DNA of 63,774 nucleotides, filler included, from Octopus bimaculoides (GCF_001194135.2; 6 parts of 6 records of this genome joined end to end with filler, not necessarily neighbours in it); one strand, 5' to 3'; shown: positions 25,098 through 37,640, numbered from the whole stretch's first letter. The notes: a model not told the origin generated them from the letters alone. A program made the numbers and translations.

Positions 25098-25169
25098 TGG
25101 GCATATGGCGCAGTGGTTAAGAGCGCAGGCTACCAACCCCAAGATTCCAAGTTCGATTCCAGGCAGTGA

Positions 25170-25223
<54 letters not shown>

Positions 25224-25385
25224 TAACAAAAACAACAACATTGAAAAAATACCTTAGGAATGAGAACCCAGGTTTAAAATTTCCCCAAGACACCTGATGA
25301 CGGCGGGAGGGTGTATCAGCCAAAGTGTTGTGTTAACAACAAACAAGATGAGGACAAATATCCATCAAATGTAAATAATGTATAA
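25098..25385 (+). mobile_element. tRNA-derived SINE family S3: tRNA head + (AAT)n + hammerhead-like 3' module
   Basis: A box TGGCGCAGTGG, B box AGTTCGATTCC, internal (AAT)n, motif GACAC-CTGATGA-C-GGCGG..CAGCC-AAAGTGTT-GTGTT, and tail ATGTAAATAATGT. Confidence 0.8.
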
Positions 25386-25962
25386 TTATGTATTTTAAAC
25401 AATATTCAATGAATTCCTATTGATATTGTTTTTCCAGATAATTTCCTTATATACTTTAATCTATCCCAATCAATAATACAAAATTATATTAATCTTATGC
25501 TACATTACAACCTATTCGTTTAGGCTGTTAGCACTTTCCTTTGACAGTGAAGGCAATCTAAGATATATGTAGGGGTCACCCTCATTACTGGTCCCAGGTC
25601 AGTGCTTCTCAATGGAGAAGGGGGCTGAGAAGATTGAAAAATGAGGGACAAAGTTGGAAAACATAATAATGAGATTAAGGTGGTATGGAAAATATAATGA
25701 AATTATGGTGGTATAAATATATCTCTCTTCTTTTATTGTACAATTAAGATCTACTAGTTAAATATTATATTACTAAAAATCCCTTCTATTAACTACGCAA
25801 CCAGCTTATTTTATATCAATTTTATTATTATTGTCTTCGGTTTTTTATGAGTACTACTGGATTACTTGAATCCATATATTGTGTAACCCTTATTATTAAT
25901 ATATGGAGGAAACCTTCTTCAGTCATGAATGACCATGGGGTTCCACCTAGAAAGTTACCCAT

Positions 25963-26242
25963 CAGAATTGTCTAGAGATGAGGATGGGTAACAATATATT
26001 TCAACCCAAAACCACATGGTTACAAAGCAAGCTTCTTAACCACACAGCCATACCTGCACTGTTTTTCTTCTTTTTTTTTTTTTTTTTCCTTCTTTCCAAT
26101 GTTTGCTTTTTTTGTTCCTGATATTTTTTCACCAAATATAAGTAGATTTCTATGTTCAGTTCATTATTCCCGCCCTTCCCCTTCTCACACCTTACCCAAT
26201 CCACAATGCAATCATACCCATCCTCATCTCTAGACAATTCTG
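25963..26242. mobile_element. Candidate MITE: perfect 27-bp terminal inverted repeats and CCAT direct repeat flanks
   Basis: CAGAATTGTCTAGAGATGAGGATGGGT at 25963-25989 and its exact reverse complement at 26216-26242; CCAT at 25959-25962 and 26243-26246. Confidence 0.55.
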
Positions 26243-26437
26243 CCATTATAATTCCTATTGCTTTTTACAAAAGCCTTCATTCTCTATTATTCTCTACCAC
26301 CTCTCTGCAATTTACATTCAGGCCACTCCTGACAGATTTCATTCCACTGCTGCCTGTCCAAACCAGTCATTTTTCTCCTTCCATCTTCTTGTATTTATGT
26401 GTTACTGTGTGTGTTAGTATTCTTATGTAAGCATCTA

Positions 26438-26655
26438 AGGCTGTGAGCTGGCCGAGTCATTACCAGGCTGGGCAAAATGCCTAGCAGCATTTCGTCCATC
26501 TTTACATTCTGAGTTCAAATTCCACCAAGGCCAACTTTTCCTTTCATCCTTTCAAAGTCAATGAAATAAGTACCAGTTGAATACTGGGGTTCATGTAATC
26601 GACTTACTTGCTTCACTGAAATTACTGGCCTTGTGCAAACATTAAAAATAATTAT
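26438..26655 (+). mobile_element. SINE family S4 (central CCTTTCATCCTTTC..AAGTACCAG domain)
   Basis: GGCTGTGAGCTGGC head; TTCTGAGTTCAAATTCC B-box-like; central motif resembles the Deu/Nin-type SINE core (recalled, unverified). Confidence 0.7.
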
Positions 26656-28179
26656 TATGGTGGTGGCAGCAGAGATGGTTCATTTGCCATCCATTACAAG
26701 CTTTTAATGAGATAGGTGCTTTCGACCATTTTAATGCTAGAAAGTGCAGAATGTCCCTACAAGTAACGGGAATGTTTAATCTTGCCACAGTTGTGTTTCT
26801 TAATGTTTGGTGCTCTTGAGCAGAGTAAAGGAGGGAATTTGTAATCTGCTCTTTATTAGTACTATGTGATGTTCAGTCCAACTTTCAAGTCTCATCACCA
26901 CAGAGCATCTTTGTGATCGATCAACCAGTTCAGGCTCTAGCCAATAAGATTCCAATCTTTATATCTGGAATGCATTCATGATTGTCCTGTGCTTTGTTTT
27001 TCATTTATTTTCAGTGTTCAAATCCTTGTCAGGGTCAATTTCAACATTTTCCTTTCTAGAATTGTTAAAACAGATACCACTCATGTACTGGGCTAATTAA
27101 AATGAAGTCCTTTTTTTTCTTTTGATAGTGTTGGTAATTGTCAGGTCATGCTCTACAAAGAGAGAAAAAAGTTTGCCGTTGCTGTTAGTTTTCCAGACAC
27201 CATGGTCACTGATACGTGATCTCATCTTTTATCATTCCTGCTATCTCTTTCATTAAAATCACCCGCAAAGATATCAATGTTCTGTTTTGAGATCTCAATC
27301 AAAGTCTGATGTGATGAGTGATAAAAACCAACATTGAACCAGACAGTTAAACAGTAGTGTTGATACATAGATACTCAGTAATATGATGCAGCTGCTCTCA
27401 GAAAGGAAGGAATGAAATGTCATCAGTCCTTCACTGATACCAACTGGCGTCACAGTCAATTTAGGCAGCAGACTGTTACTTATGACAAAACTGATACCAT
27501 TTCACGGTGGTGCTCCAGCATGACCACAGTCACTTGGCTGAAACCCATAAATAAATAAATAAATAAATATTAACAAAGTTTATTTTTGAAGGAGAAGAAT
27601 GCAGAAGAAAACAGTTTATTTTTCCAAATGAATTGTTCTGAATTTCCAATTTCTTTTACACACACACACACAATTTCTGTACATTCCCAACTCCATTGTC
27701 TTCTGTTTTCAATCTCACATCCCAAAGGTATAAGGGACATATAAGTGCATCCCTTTCACATTACAGACACATAAGTCTCCCCTAAAGTGACACATATATC
27801 CCTATAGGTCCCTAAATGTCATACAGGTACAATTGCATACCCCTATCTCTCACCAGTGGCATTAAGAAACTTTCTCTCCAACTGACTGATGCAGCAATAT
27901 TTACCCTGTTCCTCTTTTATATCTGGCAACAGGAGATGCACAACATTGTGTTCAGTCAGTTTGTTGTGTTGTCAATATCAACGAATGTTTGGGTGTGTGT
28001 ATTACACGTAACACATTCCATTTTGTTCTTCATATTGTTGCTGATGTTGTTATACATTCAGATAACATCAACAACTGTGAACACAAACTCTCATGGAACA
28101 AGAGAAAAAAATTACTTCTTTTAACACAGATCACTGAGCACATTGTTCGGAACAAATGAGTGGGAATAAACTACTGCAG

Positions 28180-28330
28180 GTGGTGGTGGTGGTGGTGGTG
28201 GTGGATGTCATCATGGTGGTCGTCATGGTGGTGGTCATCGTAATGGTTGTGGTGGTGGTGGTGGTTGTTTAGGCAGTGGTGGTGGTAGTTGTTTAAGCAG
28301 TGGTGGTGGTGGTGGTGGTGGTGGTCATAT
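28180..28330. repeat. (GGT)n degenerate microsatellite
   Basis: Direct reading. Confidence 0.9.
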
Positions 28331-29566
28331 TATTTCTGGTGGTTTGGTTCTTGTTGATATTTATCACAAATTCAACAACTGAGGAGCAAATTTATAATCA
28401 AATGAGCTCCACCCATGACTATCCCATCCATTATTCAGACAGTGTATCTAAGACTACATTATTCAATATATTCAGCTCATTTTTTTATTTATTTTTTTAC
28501 CCCAAAGGCTGTAAGTAGTCTTTAGTAGGGGGTCTTGGCTGCTATTTTTAGCCAGTCAAATTGCCATTATAAAGGTTCCCTCAAAGGTTCTTGTTTCTGT
28601 TGTTGTTGCTGTTTAGCCACCAACACACACACGCACCTCACAGCACAACACCATCACCACTGCCACAAAATCAGCCCAGATCAAGCAGATCTATGAGCAA
28701 AGGCATTCCGACTGTGACCATCGCCTCTTATTCCTACGTGGAGGTTAAAAGCTCAGGACTGCTGGATCCAGCAGGAATGATTTGAAGATTTCCCTGCTTG
28801 GCTATTTCTAACTGGTCGAGCAGATGGCTACACCAGGCTCCAATCTGATTTGGCAGAGTTTCTACAGCTGGATGCCCTTCCTAACGCCAAATATATATAT
28901 TTGTGTGTGTTGGATAAATTCAGGTGTTCTGATGATTTCAGAGCATTTAGAATGCTTTTTTCTGTTTTGATACTGATGATATGTTTCCATCTTCAGTCTC
29001 CATTTCCTTACAAACTTTGTAGACAAAAGATCTGGCAACTTTTAAAAAATCGAGATATTTCTAAATCACCATGCTCAACCTTTATAACCACAATAACAGC
29101 ATGCCCCTTCATTTCGTGAATAAGCTGAGGGTCTGCCATTATTATTTTCTGAAACAAGATTATACAGAGTCAGCAAAAAATGCAGCAACAACCCCAAAAA
29201 GGTATGTCCTCAAATACCTTACACACCCTGTATATATACTATAATATATATATAATACATAAATGATTTTGTATAATGCAGAGATCTGGAAAGGGAGAAT
29301 GTGTAATCAATAAGAATCTGTTGATNNNNNNNNNNNNNNNNNNNNNNNNNNNNNNNNNNNNNNNNNNNNNNNNNNNNNNNNNNNNNNNNNNNNNNNNNNN
29401 NNNNNNNNNNNNNNNNNNNNNNNNNNNNNNNNNNNNNNNNNNNNNNNNNNNNNNNNNNNNNNNNNNNNNNNNNNNNNNNNNNNNNNNNNNNNNNNNNNNN
29501 NNNNNNNNNNNNNNNNNNNNNNNNNNNNCATCATCGTCGCCATCACTGTCATCAACATCATCATCA

Positions 29567-29885
29567 AAGTCGACCTCAGTAGAATTTGAACTCAGAACAT
29601 GAAGATAGACGAAATGCTGCTAAGCATTTTGCCCAGCACGCTAATGACTCTGTCAGCTTTGCCACCTTAATAATATATTGGTTTCAAATTTTGGCACAAG
29701 CCCAGCAATTTCAGTGAAGAGTCTAAGTCAATTGCATCAACCCCAGAGCTCAACGGTACTTATTTTATCAACTCTGAAAGGATAAAAAGCAAAGTCGACC
29801 TCACCAGAATTTGAACTCAGAACATAAAGATGGACGAAATGCTGCTAAGCATTTCGCCCTACATGCTAACAATTCTGCCAGCCTT
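29567..29885 (-). mobile_element. Tandem pair of S4 SINEs
   Basis: AAAGTCGACCTCA..AGAATTTGAACTCAGAACAT.AAGAT.GACGAAATGCTGCTAAGCATTT occurs twice (about 29566 and 29791). Confidence 0.8.
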
Positions 29886-30400
29886 CTGCTTCATTATATT
29901 AAATGCAATATAAATGTAAATCATAGTGAAATACTGTATGAAACATGGGTGGATCTTGGAATCATACACCCAATCCACTGAGAGACTTACACACAAGCTT
30001 CTTTCTATCTCGTTTTACTCACATGACTTGGTGGGTAAATACTCGGCACAATGGGCTAGACAGAGAAATTAAACGGGTTTTGGGATCGCAATATGGATTT
30101 TGTAGCTATTTGTCCAAATTGTGCCTAGGAATAGTCCTCGATAAAGCAAACAAACAAAAATAGGTGTTATGGCTATGAAATTATATGTAAACACATTTTG
30201 ATAATAAAAGCTGTTTAATTATATTGACACACACACATACATACATACATACATACATACATAAACAAACATGCAAGTTCATACATATACATGTATATGT
30301 GTGTATGCATGTGTATATTTATATGAGTATATATGCATATACATATATATATATGTATATATATGTAAATCTATATATATATATACATATGCATATATAT

Positions 30401-30500
30401 CATCATCATCCTTTAACGTCCGCTTTCCATGCTAGCATGGGTTGGACGATTTGACTGAGGACTGGTGCAACCGGATGGCTACACCAGGCTCCAATCTAAT
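30401..30500 (-). mobile_element. RTE-type 3' tail
   Basis: (CAT)n-TTTAACGTCCGCTTTCCATGCTAGCATGGGTTGGACG..CCAATCTAAT; identical over 89 bp to 39493-39581. Confidence 0.8.
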
Positions 30501-30529
30501 AAATATATATATGTATATATATGTAAATT

Positions 30530-30588
<59 letters not shown>

Positions 30589-31433
30589 NNNNNNNNNNNN
30601 NNNNNNNNNNNNNNNNNNNNNNNNNNNNNNNNNNNNNNNNNNNNNNNNNNNNNNNNNNNNNNNNNNNNNNNNNNNNNNNNNNNNNNNNNNNNNNNNNNNN
30701 NNNNNNNNNNNNNNNNNNNNNNNNNNNNNNNNNNNNNNNNNNNNNNNNNNNNNNNNNNNNNNNNNNNNNNNNNNNNNNNNNNNNNNNNNNNNNNNNNNNN
30801 NNNNNNNNNNNNNNNNNNNNNNNNNNNNNNNNNNNNNNNNNNNNNNNNNNNNNNNNNNNNNNNNNNNNNNNNNNNNNNNNNNNNNNNNNNNNNNNNNNNN
30901 NNNNNNNNNNNNNNNNNNNNNNNNNNNNNNNNNNNNNNNNNNNNNNNNNNNNNNNNNNNNNNNNNNNNNNNNNNNNNNNNNNNNNNNNNNNNNNNNNNNN
31001 NNNNNNNNNNNNNNNNNNNNNNNNNNNNNNNNNNNNNNNNNNNNNNNNNNNNNNNNNNNNNNNNNNNNNNNNNNNNNNNNNNNNNNNNNNNNNNNNNNNN
31101 NNNNNNNNNNNNNNNNNNNNNNNNNNNNNNNNNNNNNNNNNNNNNNNNNNNNNNNNNNNNNNNNNNNNNNNNNNNNNNNNNNNNNNNNNNNNNNNNNNNN
31201 NNNNNNNNNNNNNNNNNNNNNNNNNNNNNNNNNNNNNNNNNNNNNNNNNNNNNNNNNNNNNNNNNNNNNNNNNNNNNNNNNNNNNNNNNNNNNNNNNNNN
31301 NNNNNNNNNNNNNNNNNNNNNNNNNNNNNNNNNNNNNNNNNNNNNNNNNNNNNNNNNNNNNNNNNNNNNNNNNNNNNNNNNNNNNNNNNNNNNNNNNNNN
31401 NNNNNNNNNNNNNNNNNNNNNNNNNNNNNNNNN

Positions 31434-31471
<38 letters not shown>

Positions 31472-31550
31472 ACTAAAAAAATATATTAATCTCTCTCTCT
31501 CTTTTTCTTCCTCTTTCTCTTTCTCTCACTTTATTGTTTTTCCTGTGCAG

Positions 31551-31670
31551 GTCCTCTGTAACAGTTCTCCATTGAAGACCAGTTTGATTCCAAATGAATT
31601 CATGTTGCAAATCGAAAACCGCAGCACATGGAGGAAGTTACCAGTACCAGTGAACAACGAGCTGAGGAGA
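31551..31670 (+). CDS. Coiled-coil/death-domain protein, exon 2
   Basis: Pyrimidine-rich acceptor TTTTTCCTGTGCAG, donor AGA|GTGAGG; 120 nt, only frame 0 is open (VLCNSSPLK..NELRR). Confidence 0.75.
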
Positions 31671-31884
31671 GTGAGGCACCTTTTTTTATTATACACCCAC
31701 ACACTCTGTTGTATTTTCATCCTTAGATACAGGAGGGCTTTGGTCCCCAACCTGTTTTGCACCACAGACCAGATTCATGCAAGACCATTTTGCCAAGACC
31801 TAGGGATCACACACATAACAAACCAATTAAGTGCATAATATATAATTTAACTATTATGTATATGAGACATATATTACACATATA

Positions 31885-32070
31885 ATCTATGGAAAGTGTG
31901 AGTAAAATGTATCCCTGTAGTTGTGGGTGCATTAGGAACTATCTCTAAAGATTTGAACAGATGGATAGAGGAAATAGGCATAAAACCTAGTTTAGTGCAG
32001 TTCCAGAAAACAGGGTTATTAGGGACAGCTGGGAAGGTTCCTGGCATCTAAGGTTACTTGTTGTAGCTCG
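31885..32070 (+). mobile_element. R4/Dong-clade LINE 3' fragment in intron 2
   Basis: Translates as IPVVVGALGTISKDLNRWIEEIGI..VQFQKTGLLGTA. Confidence 0.75.
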
Positions 32071-32146
32071 ATGTTAAGAATTTTTCTTTTCCAACAGTAA
32101 TTTGTTGTGCGTATATGAAATAATAATTTTTTTCGTTTTTATACAG

Positions 32147-33164
32147 ATTTTCACCCGTGCAAAATTGTTTGATAGACTTATAACAAGAAGCATCAACGAC
32201 CTTCAGAAAATCTACAAAGATTACTTGAACAAACATTGCCTGAGTTTCCTCCAAGAAGGTGATCCAACTGGTCTGAAGGTTCCCATCTCCTATGAGAAAA
32301 ACATCCAGAAATGGCGTCAGGAAATTCAAAACGAATACACCATTCTGCAATGTCAACTGACAGAATTACAAGACTTGGGTGTCTCTCTATTGAATTACGT
32401 TACAACTATTGACAGAGTGAGTCAGGTAATGAGTGAGGTCCTCGACTTCTTACCACATATAATCGAACTGATTAAACTGTGGTTAATCGAAGAAGAGATA
32501 TATTTGAAGAAAGTCGAAGACGAACTCAGCTCTTTGTTACGGAACAAGAATCGTTGTAACAAAGCCTTGCGCCAACAGCATTTAGTCGTGAAAGAGGTAC
32601 GGGGCAACTACCAACAACAAAAATTCATCAGTCAGAGGTTATGGCAAGATGTCAAGGCAACCCTCCAAGAAAAGAAAGTCCTTGAACAACAAGAAAATAT
32701 CCTCAAAAACAACTTGAATGTCACAGAAAGCGAATTGAGTCTCAAGAAATCTACTCGTGCCGATGCCGAGGTGCAGTTTCAGACTCACCAAAACACTTCA
32801 CCAATGTTCTTCGACCACTGGACCGATTTTATCGAGAAACAGGAGCTTGACATCTGCCAGCTGAGACTTCGAAGAGATCGCGTTAAAGTCGAATGGAGCC
32901 GATTGATCAAATCGAAATACTATTGCCAGAGGAAACTCGATGACGTAGACAGCAAATATCAGAGCTGCAAGAAGGTTCTGGATCAAATGGAGAGCAAACT
33001 TCAGAAAGAAGAAGATGATTACTTAAAGCTGGAGAGGGATTTGGACAGCCTTATTGCCAAGGTTGATGTTCTGGAAAGAATCAGAGAACAAAAAATACAA
33101 ACGCACACCATCGAGACGATATTTATGAAACCAAAAGCTTTAGAATCTGAATCCAATTCAGACA
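32147..33164 (+). CDS. Coiled-coil/death-domain protein, exon 3 (long coiled coil)
   Basis: Part of the 356-aa ORF, in balanced-GC coding-like sequence; acceptor TTTTTATACAG, donor GACA|GTAAGT (phase 1); E/K/Q/L-rich heptad-like sequence. Confidence 0.92.
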
Positions 33165-33700
33165 GTAAGTGACGTGATTTCTTTTTAATATTGTATGTTT
33201 TGTATATACTACAGTGTGTGTGAGTGCGCATGCATTTGCATATGCACATGCATGGGCATTTGTTATAACCAGAAATGGCTCTGATGAAAGTAGCATTAAT
33301 TTTCTTACGTCATTCAATTGTTTCCAATTGATCGATAGACCATTTGAGTAAACCTGTCAGTAATGTGCCTATAATGGCTATGGAAACAGCTGTAAACTAA
33401 ATTTGCTCCAATAAAGGAAAAATATGTAATGAGCATTATTTTTAACTTGTTTCTTAAACCAGTTTGTCTGAGCCCATCCACAGATATACAATATAGAATT
33501 GTGAGGAACCATAACTTGAGACTCTACCAAAAGATTACTTGGAGTTCTTCACTTATCTGTTAGCCTGGTGAGATCAGCACTTCTTTACACAGCTGTCCTC
33601 ATCGTATGTATATATGTATGTATGTACGCCAAGTTTAATAAATCATACACTGTGTAATGTTTTCTCAAATCATTATCCCCATTTCTTTGTTATATTTCAG

Positions 33701-33823
33701 CCACTTTTGACAAGGCCTCAAGTCTGGTTGCATCAGAAATCGGCAAAGACTGGATTTGCTTGTACAAAATCTTACCGTTCCGTCCAACACGAGATATAAG
33801 ATCTAGAATGCGCGATATCGAAA
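33701..33823 (+). CDS. Coiled-coil/death-domain protein, exon 4 (death domain N-half)
   Basis: Acceptor TATATTTCAG, donor GAAA|GTAGGT, phase 1 to 1; TFDKASSLVASEIGKDWICLYKILPFRPTRDIRSRMRDIE fits death-domain helices 1-2 (IG.DW..L...L). Confidence 0.88.
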
Positions 33824-34147
33824 GTAGGTATTTCTTAACATACATTCAAATTTAATGTCTTGCTACTCTTTTGCGCCTATATAACATAGTATCTGTGATT
33901 ACAATACTCAATGTCTATTTTTGCACTTTGTAAAGACAGTAGAGTGTGATTTGAAGGAGGAACATTTAACTGCTATTTCTGAAATGTCAGCTGACCACAT
34001 ACAGGCTTCTTTCTTGACTCATTTCATTTGTTTTGTTTTGTTTGTTTGTTTGTTTGTTTGTTTGTTTGTTTGTTTTTGCATGATACCAATGTCAACAATA
34101 TTTCGTATTCGAAAATGATAACGTGAGTAGTTCTTCTGTTGTTGCAG

Positions 34148-34332
34148 TAATTGAAAACCAATACCAGAGCAGTGATCAAACTATGAAGGAAATGGCATAC
34201 CAAGCCTTGCAGAAGTGGAAACTGTTCAGTGACCATTCCAGCATTAAAAATTTGACTAATGCACTGGAAAGACTGAACAAAACAGAGATTTTGATGATGA
34301 TGAAAAAAAATAAATTTATTTCAGCAAAATAA
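34148..34332 (+). CDS. Coiled-coil/death-domain protein, exon 5 (death domain C-half, stop)
   Basis: Acceptor TTCTTCTGTTGTTGCAG, phase 1; IENQY..TMKEMAYQALQKW..SIKNLTNALERLNKTEI matches the death-domain pattern (E..Y..L..W...L..AL..L.R.DI). Confidence 0.88.
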
Positions 34333-34478
34333 ATTTGCAACACACACACGTACATATGTGTGTGTATAAAGATGGATGGATGGATGGGTGTATATATACA
34401 TATATATATGTATATGTATATATATATACATATATATATAAACAACAGACCATTAATACATTATATATATATATACAT

Positions 34479-34517
<39 letters not shown>

Positions 34518-35940
34518 CAGTGTTATATATTTATAAATTAAAATAATTTGTTTTCCATCCAAACTTCCTTCTAGCTTTAAGTGCAGTGTGGAACTGAACT
34601 GATGTAATTTTCGCCTTTAAATACCAGAGAAACATACACAAACTAAAAGCATGTTTTCTTATTCATTTACAGTACTGACAGTACAGCACTTCTCCGTCCA
34701 ATATTAAATTTTTGAGCATGTGTGTGCATGCGCATGCACACACCCATTAAACATACATTCAATTTACACAATTTCACGATTAACCATTCACTCACAGTTT
34801 TAATTCTAATTCCACCACATCTGCATATGCACACATTTTGCTCATTATCAAAATGTGTTTCTCTACGAAAGACATTTATGAAAATGTTTCTTTTCAAACA
34901 AATTTTATCTGCTTTTCTTATCTAGAAGCGTTTTTGTACACACTTATCTATACACTCTGAGTAACGGACATCATATATCGCACTTTGTACCCAGTCTACA
35001 GTTCAGAAACTTGAAATTTGAATAACCAGATGTAAAGTGACAGCTGTTACAAGTATAAATAACACTTTTCTTTTGGTACCAAAAGTTCCTTAGTCTTATT
35101 GTTTGTTTGTTTCATATTCAAATACGCATACATATACCCCCCCCCATTTGTTTCAGTCATTTGAAAAACAAAACAGGAAGTTTCAAAGATTGTATCTATA
35201 AAACTAATGAATGGCTATGGGGCGGGGGGAGGGGTCCACCAGAATAAAATAGTAATCAAGGAGGTCCATAGGTTTAAAAAATGGTTGAGAAACGACTGAG
35301 CTAGTTGGAAAAGAGAGGAAAACAAGAGAGAGACTTAGAAAAATAGAGAGGGAGAAGAGAGAGATGGCAGTGGAAATGTGTCAGGACAGATCCCCCTCAA
35401 GGGACAGTTGGGGGTGAATATAGGTGAGGTGATACTGAGGATTGGGCTGGGTGAGTGGGCAGGTATATATTTTCAAAAATGCAGACGACAGTCATTTTGA
35501 TGAAATCTTATTAACAATTCAGAAACTAATTAATTTATGACCATTGTGCCACACACCTGAAAATAATCTATGATATACATTATGAACATACAATAGAAAG
35601 GAATAATGAAAAAAATATCCGAGTTTACTTTTAACCTACTGCAATATAAATCAAGAGTATTCAGTATTTATACTTTCGATCTGTTTTGTGGTAGATTAAA
35701 CCTAAACTCAGGTATTTTGTTTCATATAATGTCATCCAGTTTAACATTAATAATAATATGGATAATGACTTATATGAGTAATGACTGTGAGTTAGTCATT
35801 GGGTGATTAAAAAAATATGAACTTACTTATTTCTGAGTAAAAAAAAAAAAAATGTCTTCTTTATTCATTTTAAAATTCTATCAGTACAACCATGACCTAC
35901 TCTTTTGAAAATGTATCTGTAAAATGTCATTACAATATAC

Positions 35941-36262
35941 AGTGGTTGTGTGATAAGAAGCTTGCTTTCCAACCACATGGTCCCAGGTTCAGTCCCACAG
36001 TGTAGTACCTTGGGCAAGTGTCTTCTGCTATAGCCTCAGCCCAACCAAAGCCTATATATATATATATGTTCTTTTACTAGTTTCAGTCATTTGACTACAG
36101 CCATACTGGAGCGCCACCTTTAGCCAAACAAAATAACCCAGGACTTATTCTTTGTAAACCTATCAGTTTCTTTGCCAAACTGCTAAGTTACGGGGATGTA
36201 AACACACCAACATCAGTTGTCAAGCGATGCTCAGGTAGACAAAGACAGACACACAAATACAC
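35941..36262. mobile_element. S2 SINE fragments: + strand head (35941-36052) abutting - strand tail (36070-36262)
   Basis: Matches to S2 head and tail in opposite orientations. Confidence 0.75.
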
Positions 36263-36927
36263 ATCTTCACACACAATCAGTGTGCAAATAGAAGTTTACC
36301 AAGGTTTGGTTCTCAGTATCCCTCTTGTTTATCATAAATTTCTCGGCCATAACAGAGGAGTTTAAGACTGGTCGCCTATGGAAACATCTTTATAGTGATG
36401 CCTTGTCTTTTATAGCTGAGACTGTAGCAGAATAAGAGAAGAAATTTCAGACAAAGAAGCACGTGGTAACTAAGTAAAGTTCTTAATCACACTACCATAC
36501 TTGCACCTATTAATAAAACCTAATTTCACTAGTAAAGTGGTAGATTTCATTGACTTGAGTTCAAATCCTGCCCAAGCCAACTTTAGTTTTCTTCTCTTAT
36601 GCGAGATTAATAAAATGAAGTATTCATAGGTAGGAATTGATTGAATTGATCATATTGATCTTCGATAGAAGAACAATTAGAAGGAAAACTCATTGTTCCT
36701 GTTTATACAAATGCAAACGCTTACATGCTTGTCCACACACATGTGCATATGTGCGTGCCTATACATGCCTATGTACTCATGCAGATGTACATGTCCACAC
36801 ATGCTTGCACACACACATTCAATCATAAACAAATGAATTAACTTTATTAATTATTAATTTCTACATCTCTTTCTAATGCATACAACAATATTAGTTTGTT
36901 TGTTTGTTCGGGTTGTGTATGTGTGTA

Positions 36928-37251
36928 TATACAAGGGATGGTCAAAGATTATACGCACTCCTGATTTTTGCAATGCATTTACACAAAAGGAGGGAATGAA
37001 CAAGTATGTCGTTTTTCTATATAGTCTCCTTCTTTTCGATGCAATTGGTCCAGTGGTCAACAAACTTGTGTATTCCCTCCAAGAAGAATTGCAGTTGGTT
37101 GTGCAACCATTTATGCACTGCTTCCTTCACATCTTCATCTGTAGGAAATTGACAATCTTGTAAACCATCTTTGAATGGTCTAAAGATATGAAATTCAGAA
37201 GGGGCGAGATCTGGGCTGTAGGTAATGTATTCCAGCACCTCAAAACCCAAT
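36928..37251 (-). mobile_element. Mariner transposase 3' fragment with terminal repeat
   Basis: ORF 37017-37274 contains YSPDLAPSEFHIFRPFK..F.TDEDVKEAVHKWL; the end TATACAAGGGATGGTCAAAG resembles a mariner TIR. Confidence 0.85.
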
Positions 37252-37640
37252 TGGATCGTGTAACCGAACACCATCAGCCAGATATTGTCATATTGAACAA
37301 GAGAGACAAATACTGTCGGATCAATGATGTAGCCATACCAAATGACATGAATGTTGAGAGTAAAGAGGTTGAAAAAAAATCACCAAGTACTCCGAATTGA
37401 AAGTGGAAATGGCAAGACTATGGAATGCGAGAGGTAATGTAAAAGTGATACCAGTGGTGATCGGAGCATTGGGTTCAACCCCAATGAAACTTCAAGACTT
37501 CTTAAGGCAACTGGAAATCCCATGCAAGATTGATGTCTTGTAAAAAGTGGCCTTATTGGGCACAGCACACATCTTAAAGAAAGTATTATTTGTTTGAGGT
37601 CCTTGTTGTGACTTGACAGATGACTAAAGACTCCGGTGCA
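37252..37640 (+). mobile_element. R4/Dong-clade LINE 3' fragment (REL endonuclease, frame-shifted)
   Basis: DRVTEHHQPDIVILNK..DVAIPND..; KYSELKVEMARLW..VIPVVIGALG..KVALLGTAHILKK. Confidence 0.85.

Noticed and set aside
32102-32146. ORF-track start MLCVYEIIIFFVFIQ for the 356-aa ORF
   Set aside because: TTG start and polypyrimidine tract; this is intron sequence before the acceptor at 32146.
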